Origin: a virus
DNA length: 36,853 nt
UHGV virus genome: UHGV-0090257
Direction: 5' to 3' (one strand)
The notes below the pieces were generated by a model. It was not told the origin of the DNA. It searched no databases and saw only the letters and a program-made list of their open reading frames with translations. A program made the position numbers and the translations under genes. Position 1 is the stretch's first letter. Every line of letters begins with the position of its first letter. This document shows positions 11,358 to 20,765 of the stretch, in pieces.

Positions 11358-13484
11358 TTAACTCGGCATTAAGTCTGCCGGAGACTGTGGTGGTGACTGG
11401 AATTGCTGTTGTTGTGACTCGGAGACATCTTTCAGAAGGCGTATTGCCTCCATCACTGCTTTGTCATCGATGTTTCTGGCTTGGGCCAGTTTATAGACAG
11501 TGTTTGCCTGACTCTCCATCGCATCCTGCTGGGCAGTAAATGCTTTGATTTGAGTTTGAGCAGTTTCGTTAGTTGCTTTTTGCGCTTCTGCCTGCGCTGC
11601 TACCATTTGCGCCTGAGCGAGAACCATTTCAGGATTTGGCTGGCTTTGTGCTGCCATTTGCGCCTGTTGAACAATCTGCTGCTCTTTCTCATTGCGTGGT
11701 TTTGCAATACCAGATATCAGCAGTTGGTTTCGGTTGTACTCTTTGAAGTCATCAAGGCCTTCGCCATCGATATTGTCCAGAATAATACCCTGAATTGCCG
11801 GGCGCATTGGGTCTGTTGGAAGCATAGAGCTAAGGACATTTGTCAGTACAGAAACCGTTGCATCACGTCGTGCTGTGTAGCTTGGTCCAACATCAACCGT
11901 CACATCGTATCGACCGACAGAAAGGTCATTTAACGCAACAACAGCCCCTGTTTGCCTGTCAACAACCTGTGCGCTCAGGACAGCGATATCATCACTTCCA
12001 TCTTCGTTAACGATGCGCACTTCACGTTCTGAACCGTACACTTCACGCGCCATTGACAGCCATACTTCACCAGCGCGTTTAAGACTTTTCGCCATATTGT
12101 CCAGATAGATAAACGAAGCCATATCTGCTCTGTTCATCAAGTTGTTAACCGTTTCCTGAGCAATATTACTTGGCATCTGCTGCATGGCCTGACTGCCGCC
12201 TGTAACCTCCTGAATATCTGCACTGGTTTGCTGTAGTAATGCAGCCAATGCCTGATTCATAACCGCAGGCTGTGTATATCCTGCCGGGGTAGCTCCAGCG
12301 ATAATGTTGCCAGATTTATCTCTCACTTCGCGCAACGGCAAGAACGCTGGGCGTTTCTTGTTGCGAGCCTCCCAGTGCTTCTCAAGTCCACGAATTTGCT
12401 CCATGCCAACTATAGGGATCTGACCGGGGTCTTGCGCTGCAGTATCAGCCAGCATTGAAACCTGAAGGTTGTACAAACGCTGTGGATCCATTGCTTTTGC
12501 AATGTGCCCTTCGACACGCTCAATGTCATCAATGAACCAGCGTTTTCCATAAACCGGGATGAGGGGGATATGCTCACCAGGAATACGTCGAGGTTTCTCA
12601 AGGAAACCATCACCATCCACTACGGATACATACACACGACGGCGCTTCACTGAGCGCCTTGCCACTTCCTGAAATCCAGCTATTGCCAGTTCATCTTCAA
12701 TATCTTCAACCTGATCACTGTCGTATGTTGCAACCTCTCCAGTGATTGGATGTCGATAACTGATGACGTCAACAGACTCTTTACGAACTTCGTAATACTT
12801 CGCTATGTAAATAACATCTTCATCAAACCAGTCATATTCCCAACTGGTCATAGACGTTACGTCCAGAGAAGCAGGAGGTTTCTTTCCGTATTCAGCCTCA
12901 TATTTTTCAGGTGACAACGAATACATGCAGAACGCCCACAACGCGTCAGATTTGTCGTACTTCTTAGCGTCAGGGTCAAACCACACAGAGCGCGACGGGT
13001 CGTATATTGGTTCAATAGCAATACGCTGACGATCGTCCATGGGGTCGTATTCATTGACCAGCATCGACGTCAAACGGAAGCAACCGAAACCACCAGTAGC
13101 AGCGTCGTCAAATGCATTATCGCAAGCCTCACCGCCATCAGTTTCTTCGTAGTCAGCACGGAACAGACCATTTAATTTATTGGCTAACTCTTCGCTTGCC
13201 TCTCTGTCACCAGGACGAAACTTAACGGTGATTCTATTATTGCGGTATTCTGCAATGATGCGGTTAAGTTCAGTTGCTACCTTATTGATTTCAAACTTAG
13301 GATACTTCTCGAACTGCTCATCAAGCTTAGTTCCAGCCGCCGTTGCTCCTTCCCATTGACCTCCGGGGACACGAGCAAACCTCGTAGCTTCAATGCACTT
13401 TTCGCGCACTTCCTTCTGTGGAGAATAGGCGCGGTCAAACCTGAGCATGATCCGCTCATGTTTTTTCTCTAATGTCTCTGCCAT
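11358..13484 (-). CDS. Portal protein
   Basis: Six-frame ORF is 732 aa; the likely start is the internal ATG at 13484 (MAETLEKK...), 2 nt after the terL stop, giving 708 aa, the size of the Sf6 portal as remembered; Gln-rich C-terminal barrel region. Confidence 0.85.
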   Translation of the reverse strand: MAETLEKKHERIMLRFDRAYSPQKEVREKCIEATRFARVPGGQWEGATAAGTKLDEQFEKYPKFEINKVATELNRIIAEYRNNRITVKFRPGDREASEELANKLNGLFRADYEETDGGEACDNAFDDAATGGFGCFRLTSMLVNEYDPMDDRQRIAIEPIYDPSRSVWFDPDAKKYDKSDALWAFCMYSLSPEKYEAEYGKKPPASLDVTSMTSWEYDWFDEDVIYIAKYYEVRKESVDVISYRHPITGEVATYDSDQVEDIEDELAIAGFQEVARRSVKRRRVYVSVVDGDGFLEKPRRIPGEHIPLIPVYGKRWFIDDIERVEGHIAKAMDPQRLYNLQVSMLADTAAQDPGQIPIVGMEQIRGLEKHWEARNKKRPAFLPLREVRDKSGNIIAGATPAGYTQPAVMNQALAALLQQTSADIQEVTGGSQAMQQMPSNIAQETVNNLMNRADMASFIYLDNMAKSLKRAGEVWLSMAREVYGSEREVRIVNEDGSDDIAVLSAQVVDRQTGAVVALNDLSVGRYDVTVDVGPSYTARRDATVSVLTNVLSSMLPTDPMRPAIQGIILDNIDGEGLDDFKEYNRNQLLISGIAKPRNEKEQQIVQQAQMAAQSQPNPEMVLAQAQMVAAQAEAQKATNETAQTQIKAFTAQQDAMESQANTVYKLAQARNIDDKAVMEAIRLLKDVSESQQQQFQSPPQSPADLMPS

Positions 13485-13486
13485 GT

Positions 13487-14899
13487 TTACCAACCGGAGG
13501 ATGAGGGAACGTATATTTCTGTTTCTTCGCGGACCAATGCCGGGCAATGCATACACATCATCAGCGCATCAGCCAGGTTAGGAGATGGAATACCGAGCTT
13601 CTGCTTCATTTCGACCTTAGTCATTAACTCAAGCTTCCCGTTGTTATTGAATTTGCGCTGAATCTGCGTCAGTTCTGCAAACAGCTTCTCCAGCATCTTC
13701 TCGCCTATCGCTTCTTTGTCGAAACTCAGCATGTCGTCGGGGTCTGCATACTCACCGTGAACAACCGCCCGATATGTCAGATACAGCCTGTCAGCCAGCG
13801 CGTAATAGAATTGCGCTCGCTTATTGCGGAACACATCGCCAATAGTGCGAACGTTGTCGCCCTGTACGACTTCATCGGCCCATGCTCCGGCCTGATATGG
13901 TGCATCTTCATCGAATGGCGATTCGCTACCCTTGAACATCGTGGCGGTGATTTTCTTGCCGGAGAACGCTTCCGTTGTCTGTCTGCGCAGCCCTGCACCG
14001 ACACCATCGCCATCCCACAGGTAATGGTCAGCGCCGTCTTCAATCGCCAGCGAAGTAGCCCAGTCAGCACCCTCGTTGATGTCCATCAGCAGACCTTCGG
14101 CAATGCGCTTAACTACCGAACCGTGACGCGATGCATAACCTTTAGCATCTGGCCCTGTATCTGATGGGTCATGCGCAGAGACAACAGCGCCTTTCGCTTT
14201 CCATCCGAGTTTCTTGTGCGCATCGGTTGCGGCTTCAAGCCATTCACGTTTGATGATTGCCATATCACTTGCGCTTACTGGCTCACCAAGCCAGATGTGA
14301 CGATACAGTGTCGGATTTCTGCGTTTGCACTCTTCCATCTCCAGACGGAGAACTTCAGGAAAGTGCGGGTTGTCGGTGTAGTTCACCGTCAGCAGGCAAA
14401 TATCATCGGGAGGATTTACGACGAATCGCTGATAGGTATCGTCGAGAATGTTCTTCGGGTTAAAGCTCACCCATATTTCAGAGAACGGCTTACGGATGGT
14501 TGGGATCAGGATATCCCATGATTCCTTCGTTACCGCTTCCGCTTCTTCCACCCAGCAGATATCAATGCCTTCGAGCGATTTAATCTTCGTCGGGTTGTTT
14601 TTGATGCCGTAGAACATGAATTCAGCATTCGTTCCGAGATGACGAATCATTGAACGCTGAATTTCAAACTCAGCCGAATACCCTTCCCGCTCGATGGTAT
14701 CTTCAAGCAACCGGATTACCGAATCGCTGATACTGTTTTGCAGTTCACGAGCGCAAAGAATACGCACTGGCTGCCGACGCGCCGCTTCAACAAGCAGCCT
14801 CGCAATTGCCCATGACTTACCGCTACCTCGACCGCCTTTGGCGACTTTGTAGCGATGCGCCTCAATGAACGGTTCAAAGATAGGATTAATCGAGGTCAT
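13487..14899 (-). CDS. Terminase large subunit
   Basis: 470 aa; Walker A motif KGGRGSGKS near the N-terminus; the same length as Sf6 gp2; start overlaps the terS stop. Confidence 0.9.
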   Translation of the reverse strand: MTSINPIFEPFIEAHRYKVAKGGRGSGKSWAIARLLVEAARRQPVRILCARELQNSISDSVIRLLEDTIEREGYSAEFEIQRSMIRHLGTNAEFMFYGIKNNPTKIKSLEGIDICWVEEAEAVTKESWDILIPTIRKPFSEIWVSFNPKNILDDTYQRFVVNPPDDICLLTVNYTDNPHFPEVLRLEMEECKRRNPTLYRHIWLGEPVSASDMAIIKREWLEAATDAHKKLGWKAKGAVVSAHDPSDTGPDAKGYASRHGSVVKRIAEGLLMDINEGADWATSLAIEDGADHYLWDGDGVGAGLRRQTTEAFSGKKITATMFKGSESPFDEDAPYQAGAWADEVVQGDNVRTIGDVFRNKRAQFYYALADRLYLTYRAVVHGEYADPDDMLSFDKEAIGEKMLEKLFAELTQIQRKFNNNGKLELMTKVEMKQKLGIPSPNLADALMMCMHCPALVREETEIYVPSSSGW

Positions 14900-15423
14900 T
14901 TTCCGAATAGAGTGCTCATCGGTGATGTTTCAATCTGGATTGCGCCGCCGTCTTTGCCTGTTAATTCGTGAGAAGCTTGTTCTTTAAACGCCTGAACAGA
15001 AACATGCTTACCAAGAAGTTCGAGGTTTTTAACCTTATCAGGCCATTTGATTTTCTTCAGAAGTGCGGCGCTATCTGCGGATACCATCTCCACGACATCC
15101 ATTCCTGATAGCGTTGTGCGCCATACCTTAGGCCAGTCTTTAATTGGCTTTAACTCGCCGTTTTGCAGGAGAATGTCGAGCACATCCATCTGGTCGATTT
15201 CAATAAGGCGATTAAGTACATATTCTGCATTAATACCAACAAGATCATTGCGTTGCGCTTTCAGTTCGGAGATTCTTAACTTGATATCAGGTTTTGACAG
15301 GTTTTCGGATGCGGTACGGTTAGCTGTCTTTGCGCTGTACCCCGCCCGAATAGCCGCTTGCGTGGCATTTAAATCGATGAGGTACTCGCGACAGAACATT
15401 TCTTGTTTGTCGGTGAGTGCCAT
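14896..15423 (-). CDS. Terminase small subunit
   Basis: 175 aa; N-terminal MALTDKQEMFCREYLIDLNATQAAIRAGYS is typical of phage small terminase HTH domains; immediately upstream of and overlapping terL. Confidence 0.8.
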   Translation of the reverse strand: MALTDKQEMFCREYLIDLNATQAAIRAGYSAKTANRTASENLSKPDIKLRISELKAQRNDLVGINAEYVLNRLIEIDQMDVLDILLQNGELKPIKDWPKVWRTTLSGMDVVEMVSADSAALLKKIKWPDKVKNLELLGKHVSVQAFKEQASHELTGKDGGAIQIETSPMSTLFGK

Positions 15424-15449
15424 TTTTTACTTCCCATAAGGAGATTGTT

Positions 15450-15632
15450 ATGAACGATGACTTTAAAACAGGTGACATTGTTAAACTGAAATCAGGCGGA
15501 CCTGACATGACTATCAGGTCATTTTCATCTACCCACGGTAACTCTTTTCTTTGTCAATGGTTTGCTGGCAAGAAGCTTGAGCAAGGATATTTCAAACCGG
15601 AATCTCTTGAGCGCGTTACCCCAAAGCCATAG
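15450..15632 (+). CDS. Small DUF2158/YodC-like protein, antisense to the late operon
   Basis: 60 aa, MNDDFKTGDIVKLKSGGPDMTI...CQWF matches the YodC-type small-protein pattern as remembered; strong SD AAGGAG 7 nt upstream; start is only 27 nt from the divergent terS start. Confidence 0.6.
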   Translation: MNDDFKTGDIVKLKSGGPDMTIRSFSSTHGNSFLCQWFAGKKLEQGYFKPESLERVTPKP

Positions 15633-15676
15633 TCCCAAACACACCAACCTTAACTCTTGATGATATTTCATCATGG

Positions 15677-15916
15677 ATGATGTCCGTTTTATCAACAGAG
15701 GGTTGCCTTTATCAGCAGGATGTTGTGGATTATCTCGTTAAACAACATAACGAGCAGCACCTCAAAGAAAATGCGGATGGCAACCAAGCGCTATCAACAA
15801 AAGTGATTAATAAATTCAGGGTTGATAGCGGTGAAAGTGTTGTTTGGGTTAAGCCAGATAAGTACTGGCGTTTCCGTGTGCCTGAAGACGAAAACGGTCG
15901 TGAAGCTCGCGGTTAA
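15677..15916 (+). CDS. Hypothetical protein, second gene of the antisense cassette
   Basis: 79 aa ORF on the same strand as the YodC-like gene; start uncertain; ends just before the bidirectional hairpin. Confidence 0.4.
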   Translation: MMSVLSTEGCLYQQDVVDYLVKQHNEQHLKENADGNQALSTKVINKFRVDSGESVVWVKPDKYWRFRVPEDENGREARG

Positions 15917-15926
15917 ACTAATCAAC

Positions 15927-15954
15927 GATAAAAGGCAGCATGTTGAGTGCTGCC
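15927..15954 (-). terminator. Hairpin terminator between convergent genes
   Basis: GGCAGCA-tgttgag-TGCTGCC stem; on the minus strand it is followed by TTTTATC; sits between the plus ORF ending 15916 and the minus ORF ending 15992. Confidence 0.5.
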
Positions 15955-15991
15955 ATATTCATCTCACTTATTTGTTATTTCAGGTTGAGCA

Positions 15992-16234
15992 TCATGCTCC
16001 GGTAGTGAACAGGTCTAACGCTTCCTTCGATTTACGCACCGCTTCGATAGTGCGGGTCGTGATATCTGAATTAGCGCCGCCTGACTGGAAGTGAATTTTG
16101 AATAGCTCAAGCTTCAGTTCGTCAGTGCCAATGAACTGAAATGCTTCTTCTGCGGCTGCGTTCTGGTTCATGACCAGCTTGTAAATCTCTAACTGGAATT
16201 TCTGTTCTTCAGTCATGGGAATAATCTCTGCCAT
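15992..16234 (-). CDS. Hypothetical protein
   Basis: 80 aa ORF in the late-operon direction, followed by a terminator hairpin. Confidence 0.5.
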   Translation of the reverse strand: MAEIIPMTEEQKFQLEIYKLVMNQNAAAEEAFQFIGTDELKLELFKIHFQSGGANSDITTRTIEAVRKSKEALDLFTTGA

Positions 16235-16340
16235 TGTTGGCTCCGTTTATCCGTTAAAAGGGATATCAGTTAAGTTATCCCGTGTAGGGTATAAGCCATT
16301 ATCAAAGCCACTCTGTAGGGAATGGCTTTTGTGATGGCAA

Positions 16341-16364
16341 TAAAAAAGGCCGCCTGAGCGACCT
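16341..16364 (-). terminator. Intrinsic terminator after the DUF551-like gene
   Basis: Minus-strand sense AGGTCGC-TCAG-GCGGCCT followed by TTTTTTATT. Confidence 0.5.
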
Positions 16365-16381
16365 TTCATTTTTCATCCGTT

Positions 16382-16600
16382 TTAATCATCTGGGTAATTA
16401 AGCGGCATCCAGTGTGTAACCTTGCTTGCTCCTGAATCGATGAATGCCTTGGTTCTCTGCCAGTAAGAGCCCATACATGATAGTTTGAACACGTCACCAG
16501 TATCAGTAAGAGCTATAACCTCTTTAGACCACATCCCTTCTTTGCTTTCTGGTAGCCGGTGTTCAACATTGATCCATTGGTTTCCGTTATCATCCATCAC
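16382..16600 (-). CDS. DUF551-like phage protein
   Basis: 72 aa; the motif QWINVEHRLPE resembles the W-x-V-x-D/E-R-L-P-E signature of DUF551 proteins as remembered. Confidence 0.5.
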   Translation of the reverse strand: MMDDNGNQWINVEHRLPESKEGMWSKEVIALTDTGDVFKLSCMGSYWQRTKAFIDSGASKVTHWMPLNYPDD

Positions 16601-16816
16601 AACCTCGTCTAGTTGTTCGCCATAGATTCAGTGGCAGGCGGTGACGAGTCCGCTTTTCGGGAGCTACCCTAGCCACTGCTTTATTCTATCCAATGTCTTT
16701 CCATCAGTCCGCCACCACAAAGAATCTTTTTTGCCATAAGGCAGGAGGTTCATCTTTCAGTGGCTGCCAGTGTTATTTCCCCACTTACTGGCTTGGGTTG
16801 TTTCGCTGTACTGCCG

Positions 16817-17359
16817 TTAATTGGTGAGTCCGGGGATTACGGTTTGCCCGTGCTGTTCAAGGCGTTCAATTCTCGCCAGTAGCTGAGGCTTCTTAATTTT
16901 TCCCCAGCGATTAAGCAGGCGGCCTGACATGCTGGCAACATCCTTCTCTTTCATGTACTCCAGCATTACGGCATTTCTCTCTTCTTCAAATTGACGATGA
17001 CCAACCTGAAGCATGGCGTACATCCAGTTGAATGCGTTGATGTAAGCAATTTTGATACGCATTGCTTCTTTTTTGGTGTAGGACATAACCAAAAGCATCA
17101 ACCCATCCTTGCGGAGACGGTAGAATTTTTGCGGCTTACCATTCTGTAACTCATTGTTTTTATAGCAAAGCTCAAAGTTGAGCTTTGTATTAAACTCAGG
17201 AGGGCAAGCTTCTATGGTTCGCTCAATGTCACGGACTACGTTCTTCGGCAGCTTTCCAAATGCTTTTGCCACCATAAAAGAATCTGTAACCGGATCGTTG
17301 TTTGCTACAAAAATTAGGTCTCTGAAATCTATATCGTTAACAACGGTTGGGTAGTTCAT
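16817..17359 (-). CDS. Rha-family phage regulatory protein
   Basis: 180 aa; N-terminal PVTDSFMVAKAFGKLPKNVVRDIERTIE resembles the Rha domain as remembered. Confidence 0.65.
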   Translation of the reverse strand: MNYPTVVNDIDFRDLIFVANNDPVTDSFMVAKAFGKLPKNVVRDIERTIEACPPEFNTKLNFELCYKNNELQNGKPQKFYRLRKDGLMLLVMSYTKKEAMRIKIAYINAFNWMYAMLQVGHRQFEEERNAVMLEYMKEKDVASMSGRLLNRWGKIKKPQLLARIERLEQHGQTVIPGLTN

Positions 17360-17506
17360 TGCGTCTTTACCTTTTAGAAAGATGAGCCTGTTCGCACAGA
17401 AAAGCCGTCCCCGAGATGGTCGCCACCATATACGGCAATTCTCAGGCTCAGCTTTCTGAAAGACTCGGGATTGTTACGCGCTGCGATGCGCGGTTTACTG
17501 CAGATG

Positions 17507-17532
17507 TAAAAAAGCCCCGCGAATGCGAGGCT
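17507..17532 (-). terminator. Intrinsic terminator downstream of Rz
   Basis: Minus-strand sense AGCCTCGC-attc-GCGGGGCT (8 bp with one G-U pair) followed by TTTTTTAC. Confidence 0.45.
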
Positions 17533-17705
17533 AAATCCTGGTGTTTGTGATGACTGGCTCTTATCTCAACGCAGCCCCTTACCGCGCGCCAGATGCTCAA
17601 TATCAAGCATCAGCAATGAGATGTTTAATCTGGATTCTCTCCAGAAGTGATCACCACCCTGTCTACAGAGCCAGATGTGAAGGATGATGAGTAAAATTAT
17701 CGCTA

Positions 17706-18143
17706 TCATCGAAGGCATTGCGTCCTGATGTACTCCTGCAGGTAGTTAACCTGCGCGGTTATCTTGTCGATTCCGCTTCGGAGACGGTAATAATTGAGTT
17801 CAGCATCTGCTGTAAGTCTTGGGCTTTCTCCATCGCCCATGCTGCTGGCTCCGGTCGTTGACTTTGCACAGGTGGCGGCGACTTGCAGGCGCTTACGACC
17901 AGCAGAAACATCAGCACGGAGACTTTCGATAGTCGCGTTAGCATCAGCAAGCTCCTTTGTATATCTGGCATCGAGTTCTGCTACGTCACGTTGACGCTTC
18001 TGCATATCAGCGATTGTGGATGTGGCTTGATCGCGCTGCTCTTTGTAGGCGATGGCGTTATCACGGTAATGATTAACAGCCCATGACAGGCAGACGATGA
18101 TGCAGATAACCAGAGCGGAGATAATCGCGGTTACTCTGTTCAT
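17706..18143 (-). CDS. Rz: Spanin inner-membrane subunit (i-spanin) Rz
   Basis: 145 aa; N-terminal TM segment then coiled coil; follows the endolysin with a 4 nt overlap; matches lambda Rz closely as remembered. Confidence 0.9.
   Translation of the reverse strand: MNRVTAIISALVICIIVCLSWAVNHYRDNAIAYKEQRDQATSTIADMQKRQRDVAELDARYTKELADANATIESLRADVSAGRKRLQVAATCAKSTTGASSMGDGESPRLTADAELNYYRLRSGIDKITAQVNYLQEYIRTQCLR
17759..17944 (-). CDS. Rz1: Outer-membrane lipoprotein spanin Rz1, embedded in Rz in the +1 frame
   Basis: Embedded ORF; from the internal Met: signal-like [20 protein letters not shown] with lipobox VSAC followed by the proline-rich stretch [16 protein letters not shown]. Confidence 0.75.
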   Translation of the reverse strand: MLTRLSKVSVLMFLLVVSACKSPPPVQSQRPEPAAWAMEKAQDLQQMLNSIITVSEAESTR

Positions 18144-18616
18144 GCCTCAATCTCTCTGACCGTTCCGCCTGCTTCTTTGAATTTTGCAATCAGGCTGTCA
18201 GCCTTATGCTCGAACTGACCGTAACCAGCCCCCGGCAGTGAAGCCCAGATATTGCTGCAACGGTCGATAGCCTGACGAATATCACCGCGATCAATCATCG
18301 GTAAAGCGCCACGCTCCTTAATCTGCTGCAGCGCAACAGCATCCTGGCTTTTCGGAGAGAAGTCTTTCAGTCCAAGTTGCTTACGGTAAGCATCCCACCA
18401 ACGGGAAAGAAGCTGGTAACGTCCGGCTGCTGTTGATTTGAGTTTGGGGTTTAGCGTGACAAGTTTGCGAGGGTGATCGGAGTAATCAGTGAATAGCTCT
18501 CCGCCTACAATGACGTCATAACCATGATTTCTGGTTTTCTGACGTCCGTTATCAGTTCCCTCTGACCACGCCAGCATATCGAGGAACGCCTTACGTTGAT
18601 TATTGATTTCCACCAT
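18140..18616 (-). CDS. R: Endolysin (lytic transglycosylase), lambda R
   Basis: 158 aa, [51 protein letters not shown]... essentially matches lambda R as remembered. Confidence 0.95.
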   Translation of the reverse strand: MVEINNQRKAFLDMLAWSEGTDNGRQKTRNHGYDVIVGGELFTDYSDHPRKLVTLNPKLKSTAAGRYQLLSRWWDAYRKQLGLKDFSPKSQDAVALQQIKERGALPMIDRGDIRQAIDRCSNIWASLPGAGYGQFEHKADSLIAKFKEAGGTVREIEA

Positions 18617-18923
18617 CTTCTACTCCGGCTTTTTTAGCAGCGAAGCGTTTGATAAGCGAACCAATCGAGTCAGTACCGATGTAGCCGATGAACACGCTCG
18701 TTATATAAGCGAGATTGCTACTTAGTCCGGCGAAGTCGAGAAGGTCACGAATGAACCAGGCGATAATGGCGCACATCGTTGCGTCGATTACTGTTTTTGT
18801 AAACGCACCGCCATTATATCTGCCGCGAAGGTACGCCATTGCAAACGCAAGGATTGCCCCGATGCCTTGTTCCTTTGCCGCGAGAATGGCGGCTAACAGG
18901 TCATGTTTTTCTGGCATCTTCAT
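18600..18923 (-). CDS. S: Holin/antiholin, lambda S (dual-start motif M-K-M)
   Basis: 107 aa, [39 protein letters not shown]... matches lambda S107/S105 as remembered. Confidence 0.95.
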   Translation of the reverse strand: MKMPEKHDLLAAILAAKEQGIGAILAFAMAYLRGRYNGGAFTKTVIDATMCAIIAWFIRDLLDFAGLSSNLAYITSVFIGYIGTDSIGSLIKRFAAKKAGVEDGGNQ

Positions 18924-19248
18924 GTCTTACCCCCAATAAGGGGATTTGCTCTATTTAATTAGGAATAAGGTCGATTACTGATAGAACAAATCCAGGCTAC
19001 TGTGTTTAGTAATCAGATTTGTTCGTGACCGATATGCACGGGCAAAACGGCAGGAGGTTGTTAGCGCAACCTCCTGCCACCCGCGTTCACGAAGGTCATG
19101 TGTAGAAGGCCGCAGCGTAACTATCACTGATGAATTCAGGATAGCCAGTGGCTACGGCTCAGTTTGGGTTGTGCTGTTGCTGGGCGGCGATGACGCCTGT
19201 TCGCATTTGGTGATCCGGTTCTGCTTCCGGCATTCGCTTAATTCAGCA

Positions 19249-19334
19249 CAAAAGGAAGAGCGCTAGTCTACCTCTATCGATTAACGGGCTTGTGGGGCAG
19301 TATCGCCGATTCACCTAACGCTCTTCCTTTTGTG
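19249..19334. repeat. 16-bp perfect inverted repeat flanking a 54-bp spacer in the late leader
   Basis: CACAAAAGGAAGAGCG at 19249..19264 and its exact reverse complement CGCTCTTCCTTTTGTG at 19319..19334. Confidence 0.6.
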
Positions 19335-19346
19335 ATTGTAACGCAA

Positions 19347-19376
19347 AAAGCCCCGAGCTATTAACTCAGGGCTTTA
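19347..19376 (-). terminator. tR'-like intrinsic terminator of the pR' leader transcript
   Basis: Minus-strand sense GCCCTGAG-ttaatag-CTCGGGGC followed by TTTTTGCG, about 30-55 nt downstream of the predicted pR' start. Confidence 0.6.
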
Positions 19377-19402
19377 TTTAACGAGTGCATTTATCCATCG
19401 TT

Positions 19403-19440
19403 GGGTCAAATTTACCCAGCTTTATTCAAAAAGTCAATAT
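19403..19440 (-). promoter_or_regulatory. Late promoter pR' with Q-utilisation (qut) region
   Basis: Minus-strand sense TTGACT-17 bp-TAAATT directly downstream of Q; the string ttgactttttgaataaagctgggtaaatttgac closely resembles lambda pR' as remembered. Confidence 0.7.
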
Positions 19441-19479
19441 TATGCCGTTAATATGTTGCCATCCGTGGCAATCATGCTG

Positions 19480-20103
19480 CTAACGTGTGACCGCATTCAA
19501 AATGTTGTCTGCGATTGACTCTTCTTTGTGGCATTGCACCACCAGAGCGTCATACAGCGGCTTAACAGTGCGTGACCAGGTGGGTTGAGTAAGGTTTGGG
19601 ATTAGCATTGTTACAGCGCGATATGCGGCGCTTGCTGGCATTCTTGAATAGCCGACACCTTTGCATCTTCCGCATTCTTTCTCAACAACTCTCCCCCACA
19701 GCTCTGTTTTGGCAATATCGACCGCACGGCCTGTACCGTGGCAATCTCTGCATCTTGCGCCCGGCGTCGCGGCACTACGGCAATAATCCGCATAAGCGAA
19801 TGTTGCGAGCACTTGCAGTACCTTTGCCTTAGTATTTCCTTCAAGCTTTGCCACGCCACGGTATTTCCCCGATACCTTGTGTGCAAATTGCATCAGATAG
19901 TTGATAGCCTTTTGTTTGTCGTTCTGGCTGAGTTCGTGCTTACCACAGAATGCAGCCATTCCGAATCCGGCTTGTGATTGCGCCATCCCCATAGCAGCCA
20001 TCACATCAGTACCGGAAAGAGAGTCAGAAGCCGTAGCCCGTGGTGAGTCGCTCATCATCGGGCTTTTTGGCGAATGAAATTTAGCTACGCTTTCGAGTCT
20101 CAT
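19480..20103 (-). CDS. Q: Late-gene antiterminator Q
   Basis: 207 aa; sequence matches lambda Q as remembered ([31 protein letters not shown]...). Confidence 0.95.
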   Translation of the reverse strand: MRLESVAKFHSPKSPMMSDSPRATASDSLSGTDVMAAMGMAQSQAGFGMAAFCGKHELSQNDKQKAINYLMQFAHKVSGKYRGVAKLEGNTKAKVLQVLATFAYADYCRSAATPGARCRDCHGTGRAVDIAKTELWGRVVEKECGRCKGVGYSRMPASAAYRAVTMLIPNLTQPTWSRTVKPLYDALVVQCHKEESIADNILNAVTR

Positions 20104-20765
20104 GCGCCTTCTCCCTGTACCTGAATCAATGTGAGGTTTCCGCAGAACACTGCGCCGGTATCTATATACATCTGGTTGGCAAACTTGAGTGGTTTCACTG
20201 CTGGCGTATGACCAAAGATGAACGTGTCCGCTCCTTTGATTTCTTTTACGATCCCGTCTTGTGAGTTGCTGATTCGTTCGCGGTTCCAGATTACCTGCTG
20301 ATGATCAACTGGCTTTCCAAACTCGTATTCGTCACAAGGATAATCGGCGTGGCAGATGACATATTTTTTACCTTTGCTCACCAGTTCAATGACTAACGGA
20401 AGTTCATCTGCTTTATGGGCAAGAGCTTTAGCCAGAATTTCTTTGTCGTAATCGAGATTAAAGAACCAGCCACCGCCATTAAACAGCCAGTGATTGACGT
20501 TTCCACGCTCTGATAAGCCATCAATCATCATTTGCTCATGGTTTCCACGTACAGCTCGGAACCAGGGGAATGTGATTAATTCCAGACATTCGACGTTCTC
20601 TGTACCGCGATCGACCAAATCGCCAACCGAGATAAGCAGGTCTTTTTTGGTGTCGAATCCTATCGTCTCCAGTTTTTCCATCAGGTTCGTGTAGCATCCG
20701 TGCAGATCGCCAACTACCCAAATATTTCGGTATTTGCTGCCATCAATTTTTTCGTAATAGCGCAT
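20100..20765 (-). CDS. ninI: Ser/Thr protein phosphatase NinI (lambda PPase)
   Basis: From the internal Met [25 protein letters not shown]... (221 aa) with metallophosphatase motifs GDLHG, GDLVDRG and GNHE; the longer six-frame ORF overlaps ninH and is not the real start. Confidence 0.9.
   Translation of the reverse strand: MRYYEKIDGSKYRNIWVVGDLHGCYTNLMEKLETIGFDTKKDLLISVGDLVDRGTENVECLELITFPWFRAVRGNHEQMMIDGLSERGNVNHWLFNGGGWFFNLDYDKEILAKALAHKADELPLVIELVSKGKKYVICHADYPCDEYEFGKPVDHQQVIWNRERISNSQDGIVKEIKGADTFIFGHTPAVKPLKFANQMYIDTGAVFCGNLTLIQVQGEGA

Noticed and set aside
11481-11933. 150-aa plus-strand ORF
   Set aside because: Antisense within the portal gene; Cys/Leu-rich low-complexity translation.
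13757-14164. 135-aa plus-strand ORF, and the overlapping 97-aa minus-strand alternative-frame ORF at 13777..14070
   Set aside because: Both lie inside the large terminase coding region, which has a clear Walker A motif and consistent synteny; treated as frame artefacts.
15320-15508. 62-aa minus-strand ORF spanning the terS start
   Set aside because: Overlaps the terS 5' end and the SD and start of the plus-strand YodC-like gene; no independent support.
16601-16816. Intergenic region inspected for a tRNA or small RNA gene
   Set aside because: No cloverleaf-compatible arrangement or T-loop-like GTTCRANTC motif found by eye; not supported.
17360-17705. Region after Rz inspected for a bor-like lipoprotein gene or tRNA
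   Set aside because: No ORF of the expected size with a lipobox on either strand and no tRNA-like structure; only a terminator-like hairpin is supported.
19249-19334. Inverted repeat considered as a tRNA or tRNA-like element
   Set aside because: A 16-bp perfect stem around 54 nt is incompatible with tRNA acceptor-stem geometry; kept only as an unexplained repeat.
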